Part shown: positions 51,105 to 64,000 of the stretch, piece by piece
Position numbering within the stretch: the stretch's first letter is position 1
Layout of the letters: each line of letters opens with the position of its first letter
NCBI GenBank assembly: GCA_965644295.1
Contig: CBFFRP010000288.1
Span: 186,001 to 250,000, forward strand
Reading direction: 5' to 3'
Origin: Paraphysomonas bandaiensis
Taxonomy: Eukaryota > Protista > Chrysophyceae
DNA: 64,000 nucleotides
The notes under the pieces: generated by a model
Database searches by the model: none
Seen by the model: only the letters and a program-made list of their open reading frames with translations
Told to the model about the DNA's origin: nothing
Position numbers and translations under genes: made by a program

Positions 51105-53680
51105 ACGCTGAATATATTTATTAAATTCCATGAACTATTTACTTGAATACTTGTATTAATTCTGCCTTTGATATACGCAAGATGTGTATTAAATGCTCCG
51201 TGACTTTTTTCTCGATTATGATATGGGTATAATAATCAGAGAATGTTAAGTAAATACCATTATCCCCATGTTTGACCTGAATTGGGTTCAACAGAAAGCT
51301 TATACTAGCGCCGGGTAAATATAGATATTCGAATTCAATATTTGGTTCAACAGAATAACATATTACATCACTAGCAGAGGTTAAGAGCGTGTTTTATATA
51401 GACCACAAGTTTGCACATTCTTTATTACACTTATGCACGGATTCAATTACCTCGTAGTTGTTATGCCCTCTACATCCTTATTTGTTGTATAGGTATTTTT
51501 CGTCGTCAAAGAGAAGGACTAAATACAGCAATTGGAGAAAGTGGCAGAGCCTACAGAAAAATAGGTGGATCAATGCGCGCTCTCATATGAGAATTTTTTT
51601 ACCGGAAAACGTCGACGTTGTGGGGTGTCGTACAACGAGTAGCTTTATGCTTATATATATAAAGAGTATCGTCCCTTGTCACAATTTAAAAGCTATTCGA
51701 TCAGAGCTTTTCGCCCTCCTAATAGCGTTGGACGGAATAGCTTCTTTTTAACCCGTGGTTGAATAAAACTATGCTGGTAATAGGCAGTATAAGACTATTG
51801 CTTCTAAACTCTAAACGCAAAATTAAGAACTTTTTCCAACAATAAAAGATTTCAACTGCAAATTATAGGCCAAACATTGTATACATTGGCTAAATAAAAG
51901 CATATACCACAGCAGCATATTATTCAAGCTTTATTATATAGTACTCGTCTTTCGTCTCATATAGCTCATCAGACTTTTTCCATGTAAGGCAGGGTTTCAA
52001 CTGGTAAAGTCCTTGTTATAGCAGTGGTGAGCAATGAATAAGGTTTAGTGCATATAAATCAGTTATCGACCCCGCAACAGCTGGTAGAAGTTGGAGCAAG
52101 TGGTAAGACTAATAAGATTTACAAAATATACTACAGGAGAGACTTTTGAATGTGTGTGCATATATATGGGGATAACAGGAACATATATATGTTTAAAGTT
52201 TAAGCCGAAGAAGAGGAATGTTCTTCTGGCTAACTGTAATGACATTTAGCGGCGCTGGGTTAATACAACTCGAGTTGCAATTGCATAATACTTGGGCCAA
52301 ATTTTAGATTTCCTTGCTCCACGACGGTGATAGAGGTGGAATACTTCGCCCAAATGGCAGAACTTGAGCATAATGCAGATTACTGAGAGTTATTCCGGTT
52401 AGATGATTTCTTTTGTGACACTATGTTTATAATACAATGTTCTACTCTTTTTAAACTCGCGAATCCTAAAACAATACGAGAAACAGTAAACACATAGAGG
52501 ACGACGGCAAATTATAGGACCACTATAGCTTCTTCTGATATATACGGCTTCATATAACGCCCTCTGCATATACGCCAGAAATATGAAGGCGTATAAATAG
52601 TAGTGTAGTATAATGAACGAGTAAAATGATATAAGTTAGTAGGTCTTATAGTAGTAGAAGCAAAATTGAAAAGGGCTGAATGTTTTGAGCTATATGTTTT
52701 TGATGGCGCATAGAGATATAGTGATGTATGTGGTGATACTACTGTGGAGCAGGACTGCGTATCAATTAATTGCAATTATTGAAATTGCAATAATTGAAAT
52801 TGGGACAACAAATCATAATAGCAATTATAATTGATTCCAGCTCGCTTTAATTAACTGTCAACTAATTGCAATTAATTGATATTAAAAACCCACCTTTTAT
52901 GCTAAAAAGTTGTTAGAAATGGCATTTTTATTTAAAAAATCCAATTTTTAGGATAAAAATCGAAGATTGGTGAAAGACTATAATATCCATAGGATTATCT
53001 CACATAGTAATTCATTTAACTTAATTAGCGATATGAGCGTCAAACTGGCACCAGAAGTCATTGCACGAGTGTATTTGAGAAAGTAAGTGATAATAGCGTA
53101 GTAGAATATGGATCTTATTCTAGTATATATTCAGTATGTCACTTGAAGACAATGTACGAGAATACAGTGAAATATAGTGATGTCCAAATGCTGTGATGAT
53201 ATTGAGAAACTGAAATGGTTTGATCTTTCAAGATATGTTCAGTAACGAGAGATTCGCATATGTAGGATATTATGCATGGATAAAAATGAGTTAGTGTTGG
53301 TTATCACAACTTCGTGTAAACGATATTAATAAATCTATCTAGTCTTACGACAAATTCTCTCTGTGATATAGCTTAAAATGAGCAATTTCTAATATAGCGA
53401 AGAGGCTGTAAAAGAGATTTGTCCTGTAGAAAAAGAGACTCCACATTTTCCATGATTAGAATAACAAAAATTAGCATATGCACTTGTTAGCTAGATGTGG
53501 TAGCTACATATTTGTAAAACTTAAGATAAAGAATTCAGCAAACAGTGGGATTCATACTATTTATTGTATTACGACTACGCCACATAACAAAAGCGTGTAA
53601 ACTGGTGATGAACGTCTACTACATCACAAGTACGACGTTTAATGCAGAATCTAATGATATCGAACAGAAGCCTTACTTTA

Positions 53681-54372
53681 TCAATGAGGCCTGTACATAA
53701 AGTCTGGCAATCCACGGGGTGGGTTCGGCTTCGACGATTCACCATCTGTCAGAGCATCAAGCATACGAACTTTTATCCGATCGACAATTTCAGTGTTTTT
53801 GGTTCGAAGCCACACCTCCAATTTAATGTTACTCTTGGTTTTATAGGTAACTCTGCAACCACAAATTTCATCTCCTTCATCTATAGTCTCGGCAATGAGC
53901 CCGAGAACGAGATTTTCCCAGTACACATCAGCAAGGTCTATATTTCGTGAGTGTCTGTACACCAACTCGGAGCCAGCAGCATTAACGGGGTCTTCCCACT
54001 CTGGGCGAATACCTTTCTTGAACACACAAAACCCTCCAATAGACTTTACGCCATTATCTTTAGCAGATTTGTCACTTGATGACTTCTCAGCCGCCAGTTC
54101 ACTGCACAGAGAGTGTTATATACACATGTATATATATATACATATATATAAACACATAACATAGAGATAAACATGTAAAAATAATCACCTGAGTCTTGGA
54201 ATAAAAGACCAGTACTTCCAGAAGTCTTCTACAGTATTAAACTCACATAATTCATCACCAGTTCCATAGGAGCCCTGTGACATACTGTTAACCCTGTATA
54301 TGATAGATAAACAACACTAACCGATGCAGTTTGTACCCACAAAACCCAAGTATTTTGCAATGGATGTGTCAT
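53681..54372 (-). CDS. eIF4E: eIF4E-family cap-binding protein; 3 exons
   Basis: HPLQNTWVLW, FNTVEDFW, FKKGIRPEWEDP, YWENLVLGLI, KLEVW. Confidence 0.92.
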
Positions 54373-54588
54373 AGTATGTTTCTTGATATTTCAGTTGAGT
54401 TGTAGTAAATAGATGGCAAGCCAGTGAATTAAGTGGTATGATAACCACTATGCTGTGAGGTCATAACCATAACCCATATGCTTGGACACTATTGGCTGAG
54501 TATACGGACATATACACTGTATATTCTGCGAACTGGAATTGCATTTCCATATTCTGCTGTATACATACTGCTGTATGGTAAACAAACG

Positions 54589-54611
54589 TACCTACCTACC
54601 TACCTACCTAC

Positions 54612-54642
<31 letters not shown>

Positions 54643-55717
54643 CATACATACATACATACATACATACATACATACATACATACATACATACATACATACA
54701 TACATACATACATACATACATACATACATACATACATACATACATACATACATACATACATACATACATACATACATACATACATACATACATACATACA
54801 TACATACATACATACACATACATACATACATACATACTTACATAAATAAATACATAAATACATACATACAAAAATACATACATACATACATACATACATA
54901 CATACATACATACATACATACATACATACATACATACATACATACATACATACATACATACATACATACATACATACATACATACATACATACATACATA
55001 CATACATACATACATACATACATACATACATACATACATACATACATACATACATACATACATACATACATACATACATACATACATACATACATACATA
55101 CATACATACATACATACATACATACATACATACATACATACATACATACATACATACATACATACATACATACATACATACATACATACATACATACATA
55201 CATACATACATACATACATACATACATACATACATACATACATACATACATACATACATACATACATACATACATACATACATACATACATACATACATA
55301 CATACATACATACATACATACATACATACATACATACATACATACATACATACATACATACATACATACATACATACATACATACATACATACATACATA
55401 CATACATACATACATACATACATACATACATACATACATACATACATACATACATACATACATACATACATACATACATACATACATACATACATACATA
55501 CATACATACATACATACATACATACATACATACATACATACATACATACATACATACATACATACATACATACATACATACATACATACATACATACATA
55601 CATACATACATACATACATACATACATACATACATACATACATACATACATACATACATACATACATACATACATACATACATACATACATACATACATA
55701 CATACATACATACATAC
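54589..55717. repeat. (ACAT)n microsatellite, about 1.1 kb, preceded by a short (ACCT)n run
   Basis: Directly visible. Confidence 0.99.
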
Positions 55718-55791
55718 GCATTGGATAGATACTTTAGTAGAATTAGATGCATTGATTAGAATAGAACGAATTCTGATGCACTGGATCAAGT

Positions 55792-56862
55792 ATGATATCT
55801 CTCCACCACCGCAGTATCAGTGTATCTGTATTCCTTCAGACAGTGTACTGTATGAGCAGCATCTCATCATCTTCAGCTAGGAGTCAGAGTGGTCATTTAG
55901 TGGTATTAAGTCACGGTATACCACACATACATACACACATACATGCATATATATATCCCCATAAGTTATTTCTGTAATATATGAACTCGTTATCAGGGCT
56001 AATGGGTACCTCACATGATCTGGAATATCTCAGTGGGAGATTACAGGCATCTGGTTGTATTGTACTACAATCTAAAGCGAATGAGATGTTACGGTCTCTG
56101 AATGGTATTAATGAGGGGGGAAGACTACTAGCAGATGAAATAGAAACAGCTACTAAGTCAATAGATCTCAAGCGTATATCAATTGTAGGGAATAGTTTGG
56201 GAGGGTTATATGCTCGATATGCAGTGAACTGCCTGTATAACAACTACGATGGCACTGTAGCAGGATTATCACCTCATTGTTTTATTACTATTGCAACACC
56301 ACATTTAGGCATACGTGACTTCACTTATATTAATCTTCCACTTCCACTTAAAGAGGCGTTGTCGTTTGCTCTTCACACGACGGGAAGGGACCTAATGCTG
56401 GGTGGTGATAGACTAGATCCTCGTGAAGGCATCATATATCGTATGGCAACCTCAGAATCTTTTTTGTTACCTCTCAGAGCTTTTAAAAAGCGTCGAGCTT
56501 ATGCAAATGTGGACAAAGATTTTGTAGTCCCACTTGCTACAGCAGCCTTTATTTCTGTCGACCAAGCTAATAAACTAAGAGAGAAGTATACCACAAAATT
56601 TGGAATAGTAGAAGAGATGGCCATCCCAAGTAGTCCTGATTATACCTTATCTCAATCAGATAATGTAGTCAACGATATGATTTTATCCTTAGATTCGTGT
56701 GGATGGGATAAGACACTGGTACACTTCAATACGAAAATACCATCTGCTCATAACAAAATCAGCGCACTTCGAAGAGGCCCGCAGTGGATATCGGATATGC
56801 TTGGATTCTCCGAAGGAATGTATGTCATGGACCATGCTGCGAGATATATAACAACCCCGTGA
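55792..56862 (+). CDS. DUF676 / ROG1-like alpha/beta serine hydrolase; 2 exons
   Basis: HLVVLSHG/LMG across intron 55916-55996, GNSLGGLYARYA, FITIATPHLG, YANVDKDFVVP. Confidence 0.88.
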
Positions 56863-57102
56863 TATATATATATTTTCTTGTTGTATATAGAATTACGATT
56901 GGGATCTATTATTCAACCTAGTCAACTATTTGGTGTAATTTCCGAGTCATACCAAAATTGGTGTACAAACCTAGTCAAGTAGTTGAAAAACCTAGTCACT
57001 TGATAATTCATATTTTGAGTTTACAATGACTAGGTGTTTTTGGTTGTAGGATATACAGTAAAGAGTAAATGCTTATCTAGCTTGACTAGTTAGTCCATAT
57101 TC

Positions 57103-57478
57103 CATATAGTTACTAAGCCGGTGCAGATTTTTAACGCCTATTGCTAATAATAAGACTTTTAATATATAGGGTATTCACCTAGTCAAAAATAATAAGTTTC
57201 ACTCAAACATGGGAGCATACTCTAGCCATCAATTAATGAAAATGCAACCATCGTACACATGCAATACATTACATTGTATATATTGCAATATATTGTAATT
57301 GTATTGTTGAGCCTGTTTAAAATCTCCATCAATAGTATTGTTGGAACGCTATCTATCAATAGTATTACAATATATTGTTTCCTAGCCCTGCATTACATTT
57401 CATCTTTGCAATCAAAGGATTGGGCAGTTTCTCGTGACCAAGTCCGGTGAAAATCTGCACCAGCTTAGTAACTATATG
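57103..57478. mobile_element. 376-bp MITE-like unit with 29-bp TIRs
   Basis: CATATAGTTACTAAGCCGGTGCAGATTTT pairs with AAAATCTGCACCAGCTTAGTAACTATATG (1 mismatch). Non-coding AT-rich interior. Confidence 0.65.
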
Positions 57479-59488
57479 TAGTTGTAATTATAATTTTGAC
57501 TGAGTTATTTTTTGTGAATAATGAATTCCCATCAATATATCAGGTTTTGGTATCACCTCGACTTTAGGTAAGAATATATTAAACTGAGATATATTCTAAA
57601 ATATATTAATTGTGTTGGAGTACGTATGGTTCTCTAAGAGAGTACTGTAGAATACGTTAAATACAATGTGAAAAACAGTAATACGTAGTCAATAGTCAAA
57701 GATGCTATATAGCTATAACTGTGAAACTGAAGTATTATATCATGGCGATCAAGATACGGAAGTTGAGCAGTGGTTGACATGACCGAAATAATTTATCATG
57801 TTGTTGACATGTGTTACATGACTACATACACAATTGTGTATACAATTATAATAATATAATCTACCTAGTTTGATTAACTTTAACTTCTCTTAGAACGATC
57901 TTCATTGTCTGAAAATGAAAATGGTCAATAGTCAATAAATTGGTGAACTGGCCAAAATTTCCATCAATATTGTTACTCTTAAGCTAGCTCACGATATATT
58001 ATATATTATAGTAGATAGTAGATACTATATAGAGCTACTACATACATACGAAGAGCTTGTTAACTACCAGTATCATAATCATAAAAACAGTGGAATATAT
58101 GTCAAAAATTAAAGTGTACCTATGATGACTGCAGTCGCCAATGGCGTTCATATTAAAAGTTTGAAGAAAGGTAAGAATTGAAAGAACTTAATTTAATTTA
58201 CAGTAACCAGAGCATCGAAAGATCAAAGTACATATTTTTCTTTTACTGTTGTAGCGATGACAGCAACTACTCCTCATACAGCAATATAATCGAACAGATC
58301 TTCTTACACCATTAAAAAATTTTGTTAAAGATATCGAACATACGGTATTGAAGACAGCATAATACTTACATCGCTATATATTACTTCACAACACCCTCTA
58401 AAGTTCGGATGAAGGATGAAACTGTGAGTACAAAATAACTTATTTCGACCATTGTTGAAATACATATGGTGTGGCGCTTTTTAGACCCCATATTTAACGG
58501 ACTCCTATTGCTATCTGCGGTAAAGCTGTCAATACAACGAATAAAGGCTTTCAATGTAATAATAATGAGTAGTAAGATAAATACCTATGTAACACTATAA
58601 ATAAATATACTGACTATATGCACTACGTATAATACTGCTATAATATTGCAGTGGGGAGCTATATGCGCTTCGGTGGGCGAGCTAATTACAGATGTGCGAG
58701 TCGCTTGGGATGTCGGTGAGCTACGGTAAACTCTACCATCACCACGATTTTTACTGTTAAGTAAAGGTCATATCATGTCGCGGGCGCGCTTTGTGTAGAG
58801 GATGAATACTCAACTGCCAGACTAATATGCAGTAGAGTAAAAGCAAATTGTCGCAATGGGAGAGAGCACAATAGACAAACTGTAGATCGGGTTGCTGACG
58901 TAATACTTCCAAGAGTAAAATGGGTGAGATGCAGATAGTCATAACTTGCTGTGTAAATTGAATCATCTGTCGTGATAATGATGACCCAACACGTCACTAC
59001 CGAAATATCCAATAATGCAAGCCTTGCGTAGAGTACAGTACATATGCACTACGCTCACTAGCGGGGTAATAGTAGCGCCCGGAGCAGCCAATGCCACCCA
59101 CAGCACAACAGTGTTGGACTGAACGATAGCATATATACTACTACCGAGCAGTTCGGATAGATTATTTCTTCCATTAATTTTACCAATTCTCCAAGGACTC
59201 AACCATGAAATTAGATTTACCGTCACCGTGAGCCACGATTATGCAAGAATAAGGAGCCAGAAAGGTAATCGGAAACTACTTTTCACAAATGTTTCTCGCC
59301 CACCACATATAGCCCGTATATATTTTGAAACATATATATAAATATATATATGTGTAATAAAATTGACAAAAAGTAAAAATACCAAAAACAATTCAGAGAC
59401 AAACATACGTAGAAACATACACTATTAGGTCCATATACTCCACATAGTATGTAAATTTATACAATGTGGGGTTTACCTGTTGAAAAAG

Positions 59489-61398
59489 TTATTTCGGGAG
59501 AAGTCCAGTCGCCATCAACATAGCGTACAGGTCGGTGGCATCCATTTTATCCTTGTCCTTCGAACTAGGTTGTGGTTTTACAGGAGCTCCATTGGGCTGC
59601 GGCTTAGCAGGAGCACTATTAGATTGATATTTTACAGGAGAACCATTGGTTTGTGGCCTTCCATATGCACCATTGGATTGCGGCTTAACAGGAGCACCGT
59701 TATGTTGTGATTTCCGCATCTCTCCTGTGGGGTTCGGTCTCGAGTTCAACGAAGACGCGGTTATTTTTTGACCTTGCTGATTGCCAAAATGGCCATGGCC
59801 ATTGTGAATAACACCTCCATGGAACCCACCTCTATGTGAGGCCATATTCCCCATCCCGTTCCGCTCAGGCATGTGTCCCATGTGGTGAGGGTCACACGAA
59901 AGACCTCTACCCCCACCAAAATTGTGAAAAGGCTCTCCTTTGACACCAGCACCTATGTAATTGTGTGGAGGGGAAAGACGTGGAGGGGGAGCCGACACAG
60001 ACGCCAGAAGCTGCTCCGTACGACTCAATGGCGCGTTGTGTACCGCATGTCGAACCTGATGTGTCGGGGGAGGTCCTCGCCCTGCAAACGGGGCGAAAGC
60101 AGGCTGTACTGGAAACGATTCAGTACGATGCCTTTTGAAAGCAGGCTCGGAGGGAGCAGAAAACAAATGACTCAGCAGAGCCGTGGTGCGCATCAAGCCA
60201 CCTCCGCTAGCACCCACCGAGGGACCAGCATTCCGCAATGCACCCAAAAGGGCGTCTGTCCGGCTCATACCTTCTGGCATTCGATAACCCAGGGGTGGGG
60301 CCCGATGTCTCATCTCGATCTCCTGATTCTGTAGGTCCGTTGACCAATCAAATCGCCTCCTCCGACGCGCTTCATTATGCCTCTTTAGGTTAAATGATGG
60401 GGAAGACGACATTGCTTGGGACTTCCAAGAAGCAGGTGACTGCTTATGTATTGAACTAAAATCGTTTCCAACGTCACCAGAGTAATCCTGTTGGCGCGGC
60501 ACTTGGCGCTTCATTGGTACAATATCACTGGCGCGTATATCACTTTCCTTATCGAGGCGTTCCTTTTCCGCCCGTGCTGCCCGCTGTCTCTCAAGGTATT
60601 CCTCTGCCGCCAAACGTTGAGCAGTTCTTGCCGACCCCAGCCGCTGGATATCTGCCGATAGATGTCCTGATGCTTCCTCTTCTTCTTCAGAAGGAAGCCA
60701 ACTATTCCCCATTCCAGGGAGAGATAACGAGGCTCGGGTCACACTTGCCGGCTGATTAGATGCCAAGCCGTTCTGGGAATCCCAATTAGTACTTTAGACA
60801 ATAGACCATAAAAACATACCTTTTTCTCAAGTCGCTCAAGAATATCCTTCGAAATCTCCGGCCAAATCTCCTCCTCTTGAGTGTGTTTGATACACAAAAA
60901 CAACCCCTCTGCCAGAACATGCACATCCCTGGGCCTGTGTTTAATATCATAGGCTTTGGGACAGCGGAAACATCGCCATAGTGTACTGCGTTTGGTGGAA
61001 TCGACCACACGATCACCACAAGTATCACACACATGTAGCTTACAAACAAAATCATTGCAATCAGATGATACTGAAACACAATTTGAATGATAAAATTTTC
61101 CACAATGTGATACACTGCATTTTATTAATTCACTCTCTATACCAAACTCACAGCATGCAAAACATCTCTGTATACCACAGTAACAATCACTGCATACAAA
61201 TGGTTCATCTTCTGGTATATCTTCTTCATGTAATCCAATACATTTAGGATGAAATGAACGATAACATCTTCCATCACAACATATCATTTCACCACTTATT
61301 TTACATACAGCACATACAGGATCACTGTAATCATCAAGAATCTCTTTATTATCATGAATAATAGAGGTAGAGACCTCACAAGATGATGTGTTTGCCAT
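59489..61398 (-). CDS. Tandem PHD-finger protein (NSD-type PHD cassette) with a long disordered C-terminus; 2 exons
   Basis: CAVC..CCDGRCYRSFHPKC..CSDC, CFAC..CGKFYHSNC..CKLHVCDTC, CFRCPKAY. In-frame intron at 60773-60819. Confidence 0.85.
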
Positions 61399-63126
61399 AT
61401 GGGGTATGTATGTGCTGTGGTTATATATATATATATGTTTTAATAATTATGAATATTTCTATATGAAAATCACGCTTATATACCATCATGTGTACTATTC
61501 ATACATACACAGCAAGTGTTTGTATTCTTTATATATATATATAGTTAAAGGCAACTGACATATAGATACACAGGCATACGACTGCTGTATGTATACTATA
61601 CAGCATGCAGCAAATGGCTGGCTGGTAGTTGAAGTATCATTCTTTTCAAATACAGTGCCGTCTTGTACGTACAGCAGAACTATCATTCTATATACAGCGG
61701 TATACAGCCATACACAAGAGTATAAACATTTTCTGCACATGTGGAATTATCTCCAGTTACAGTCCAAACAAGTGATAGCTACATAGAAATTGCAGTATTC
61801 GACACAGATGTTCAAGAGCAATGATAACAATGATAAGAAGACAACTTTGTTTTGTAGGGTTATAAGTTACGTGTTTAATCCACATGTTTTGTGGAAGCTG
61901 GATGCTAAAGTACTTCACACTGTCCCCTATCTATGATCTCAAAGAAAGCGAGCACAAGAGAGGGAGGAAATATGATATTACAAGTAAAAAAGCAAAAATA
62001 GTATCATATATAGTCAAATCTGGAACCCAACTGTCATCTAGCTATTGCCAGCATCCTTATGATACACACTGAAGCTGCTATATCCGTTTCCTCTTTATCA
62101 TGCGCACAACAATGAATGATTCCACAGCTCGAACGTAACATTTTACATAAAGCATATAACGTTAATGCTCCTGTTCAACTGTTTGATCAGTAACATGCTA
62201 TACTGGGGCAAACTCTACGCAAAAACTACACGTGGAATAGAAGAACCCAGAGTGTGAGAGTTGTATAGTCCTGTTATATCTCAGTCTTAAACATGATACA
62301 GAGGAAAAGCTGCTATACTATATAAATATGCTATAATAAAATAATTGTTGGTGCACTGTTGTCTCACTCTTATATGTGTATTACATATGATGTACTATAC
62401 ATTGATACGCATGAAAACATGATCTATCCTGCTAATTTATGAGCTTTAAGCTAGTAACCATTGTACCAGATTTTAATCATACAAAAGCGTATATTTGATC
62501 AACAATAAAAACCAAATGAGTAGTGAATGTCTCATTATTAGCAATAGGCGTGTAAGGGTTTGAACTAATGTAAAAACAAATGAAATCAAAGTGTTATTTT
62601 AAATCAATGGTACATCTGCTTGGGGAAAGACAATTGTTTTAGAATAACTCAAAACACTAATAGCTACAGTAAAAGGCCTCCTACCACAAGTCATTGCTGA
62701 GGCTTTTTGTCGTTATTGGTACTATCATATTTATGTACATCACGCTTAACTCCTCCCTCCTCCCAAAGCAATGGCTCTAATGCTGTGTTTTTCAATATAA
62801 TTGTGTAATATAATGAGGCCACTTTCAAATGGCTGTCAATATCATATTCGAGATAGAGGATAGATTCCATTTGAACTGAATATTGAAGTTGAATGTCTAT
62901 ATTTTCCTGGTACTAATATGAGCATTCTATTGAACCCAATTCAGGACAATGAAATCACTCTTTAGAAACAAAATGGGGATAAAATTGTAACCCAATGGCT
63001 AAATAAGTGTATTACACCCTATACGTACTGGCAATCACGTCGACATCCCAGAAATGAAGTTTAATTTTACAAATCGAATAACGTCAGATAGAGGTGCTAC
63101 TTCCAAAACAAAAAAGCGTTACATTT

Positions 63127-63678
63127 TTAGTCATTATGAATTTTCGAACAATAATTCGACAGGGCAGAAAAAAATATTAAAAAGTTGGCAACATAAGTGC
63201 CCACACATATAATACATAAGTTGTACAAAATTTCAGCCATTATATACGCCAATGCTGTTGCTAAAACAAGGGCGAATATCGAGATGCATAGTAGCACCAG
63301 GCGAACAGAATTGAAGCGACTAGAAAGAGAATATAGACATGCTACCAAAATATAAAAAAGAATCCCTATAAAAAATCATTTAGAACAAAGCGCATGACCC
63401 TGACATAACCCACCAAACTGTGCATTAGGCTTGTCCAGTATACTGTTCTCCGATACAAGACCAAACTTCGTGAAAATTCTTGCATATTCACTTGTCAGTA
63501 CTTTCGAGCAAGATATGTGAGCTGATATATCACAAGTGGCGACATAATCTGCATCTATCCCGGCATTATACTCTATATAAACAGCGTATACGGACAATAT
63601 CAACCCTATCAATACACCCGAAAACAGACATGAAATTTCCCATTTTTTAGAGGAAAATATACAAGAGGTGGCCGACAT
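63127..63678 (-). CDS. Vitamin K epoxide reductase (VKOR) family protein; 2 exons
   Basis: CDISAHISCSKVLTSEYA, PNAQFG/ILFY, active-site CIIC. Confidence 0.9.
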
Positions 63679-63765
63679 TTCGGTGATGCAAACTAGAGGT
63701 GAAAATAGGTGCAGCTCTCGTGAAGCACCAGCTGATACTTAAGAAGAAGAAGGAAAGAAGAATTG

Positions 63766-64000
63766 TATGTATGTATGTATGTATGTATGTATGTATGTAT
63801 GTATGTATGTATGTATGTATGTATGTATGTATGTATGTATGTATGTATGTATGTATGGGTGTATGTATGTATGTATGTATGTATGTATGTATGTATGTAT
63901 GTATGTATGTATGTATGTATGTATGTATGTATGTATGTATGTATGTATGTATGTATGTATGTATGTATGTATGTATGTATGTATGTATGTATGTATGTAT
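63766..64000. repeat. (ATGT)n microsatellite running off the window end
   Basis: Directly visible. Confidence 0.99.

Noticed and set aside
51458-53600. Short ORFs in the 51.4-53.6 kb interval
   Set aside because: No recognisable motifs or consistent splice model; probably decayed repeats or pseudogene fragments.
54478-55789. Long MYVC/YIHT ORFs
   Set aside because: Same microsatellite artefact.
58600-59300. Slightly GC-richer stretch with short ORFs
   Set aside because: No identifiable product in any frame examined.
63766-64000. Telomere at the window end
   Set aside because: Same tetranucleotide as the internal tracts and not a G-rich telomeric repeat.

Overview
Gene-dense, AT-rich eukaryotic nuclear DNA with very short GT-AG introns (mostly about 45-80 nt). 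Gene content and style suggest a phagotrophic stramenopile such as a chrysophyte; this taxonomy is inference. About 20 protein-coding genes are supportable: a Rab 3' end, a TTLL glutamylase, an SLC25 carrier, DUF1244, DUF3605, a C2-ankyrin protein, a secreted peptidoglycan-binding/YkuD protein, SEC11, NADP-GDH, a GST-like protein, SSADH, eIF4E, a DUF676 hydrolase, a PHD protein and VKOR, among others. There are three long (ACAT)n tracts and several DNA-transposon families. Most notable: (1) a perfect 2 x 1851-bp palindrome made from the 3' part of an internally deleted MULE transposase, between two convergent host genes (Mu-killer-like hairpin locus), with an older fold-back of the same geometry in a pogo remnant; (2) a 1381-aa SH3-DH-PH-DH-PH-FYVE-polyPro-VCA protein, i.e. 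a RhoGEF fused to an Arp2/3 activator tail; (3) an intron-containing secreted peptidoglycan-binding + L,D-transpeptidase-fold enzyme and other bacterial-like genes; (4) an apparently intact spliced pogo-type element with TIRs and about 1.6 kb of unexplained cargo. Exon boundaries and domain calls were made by eye; no searches were run.
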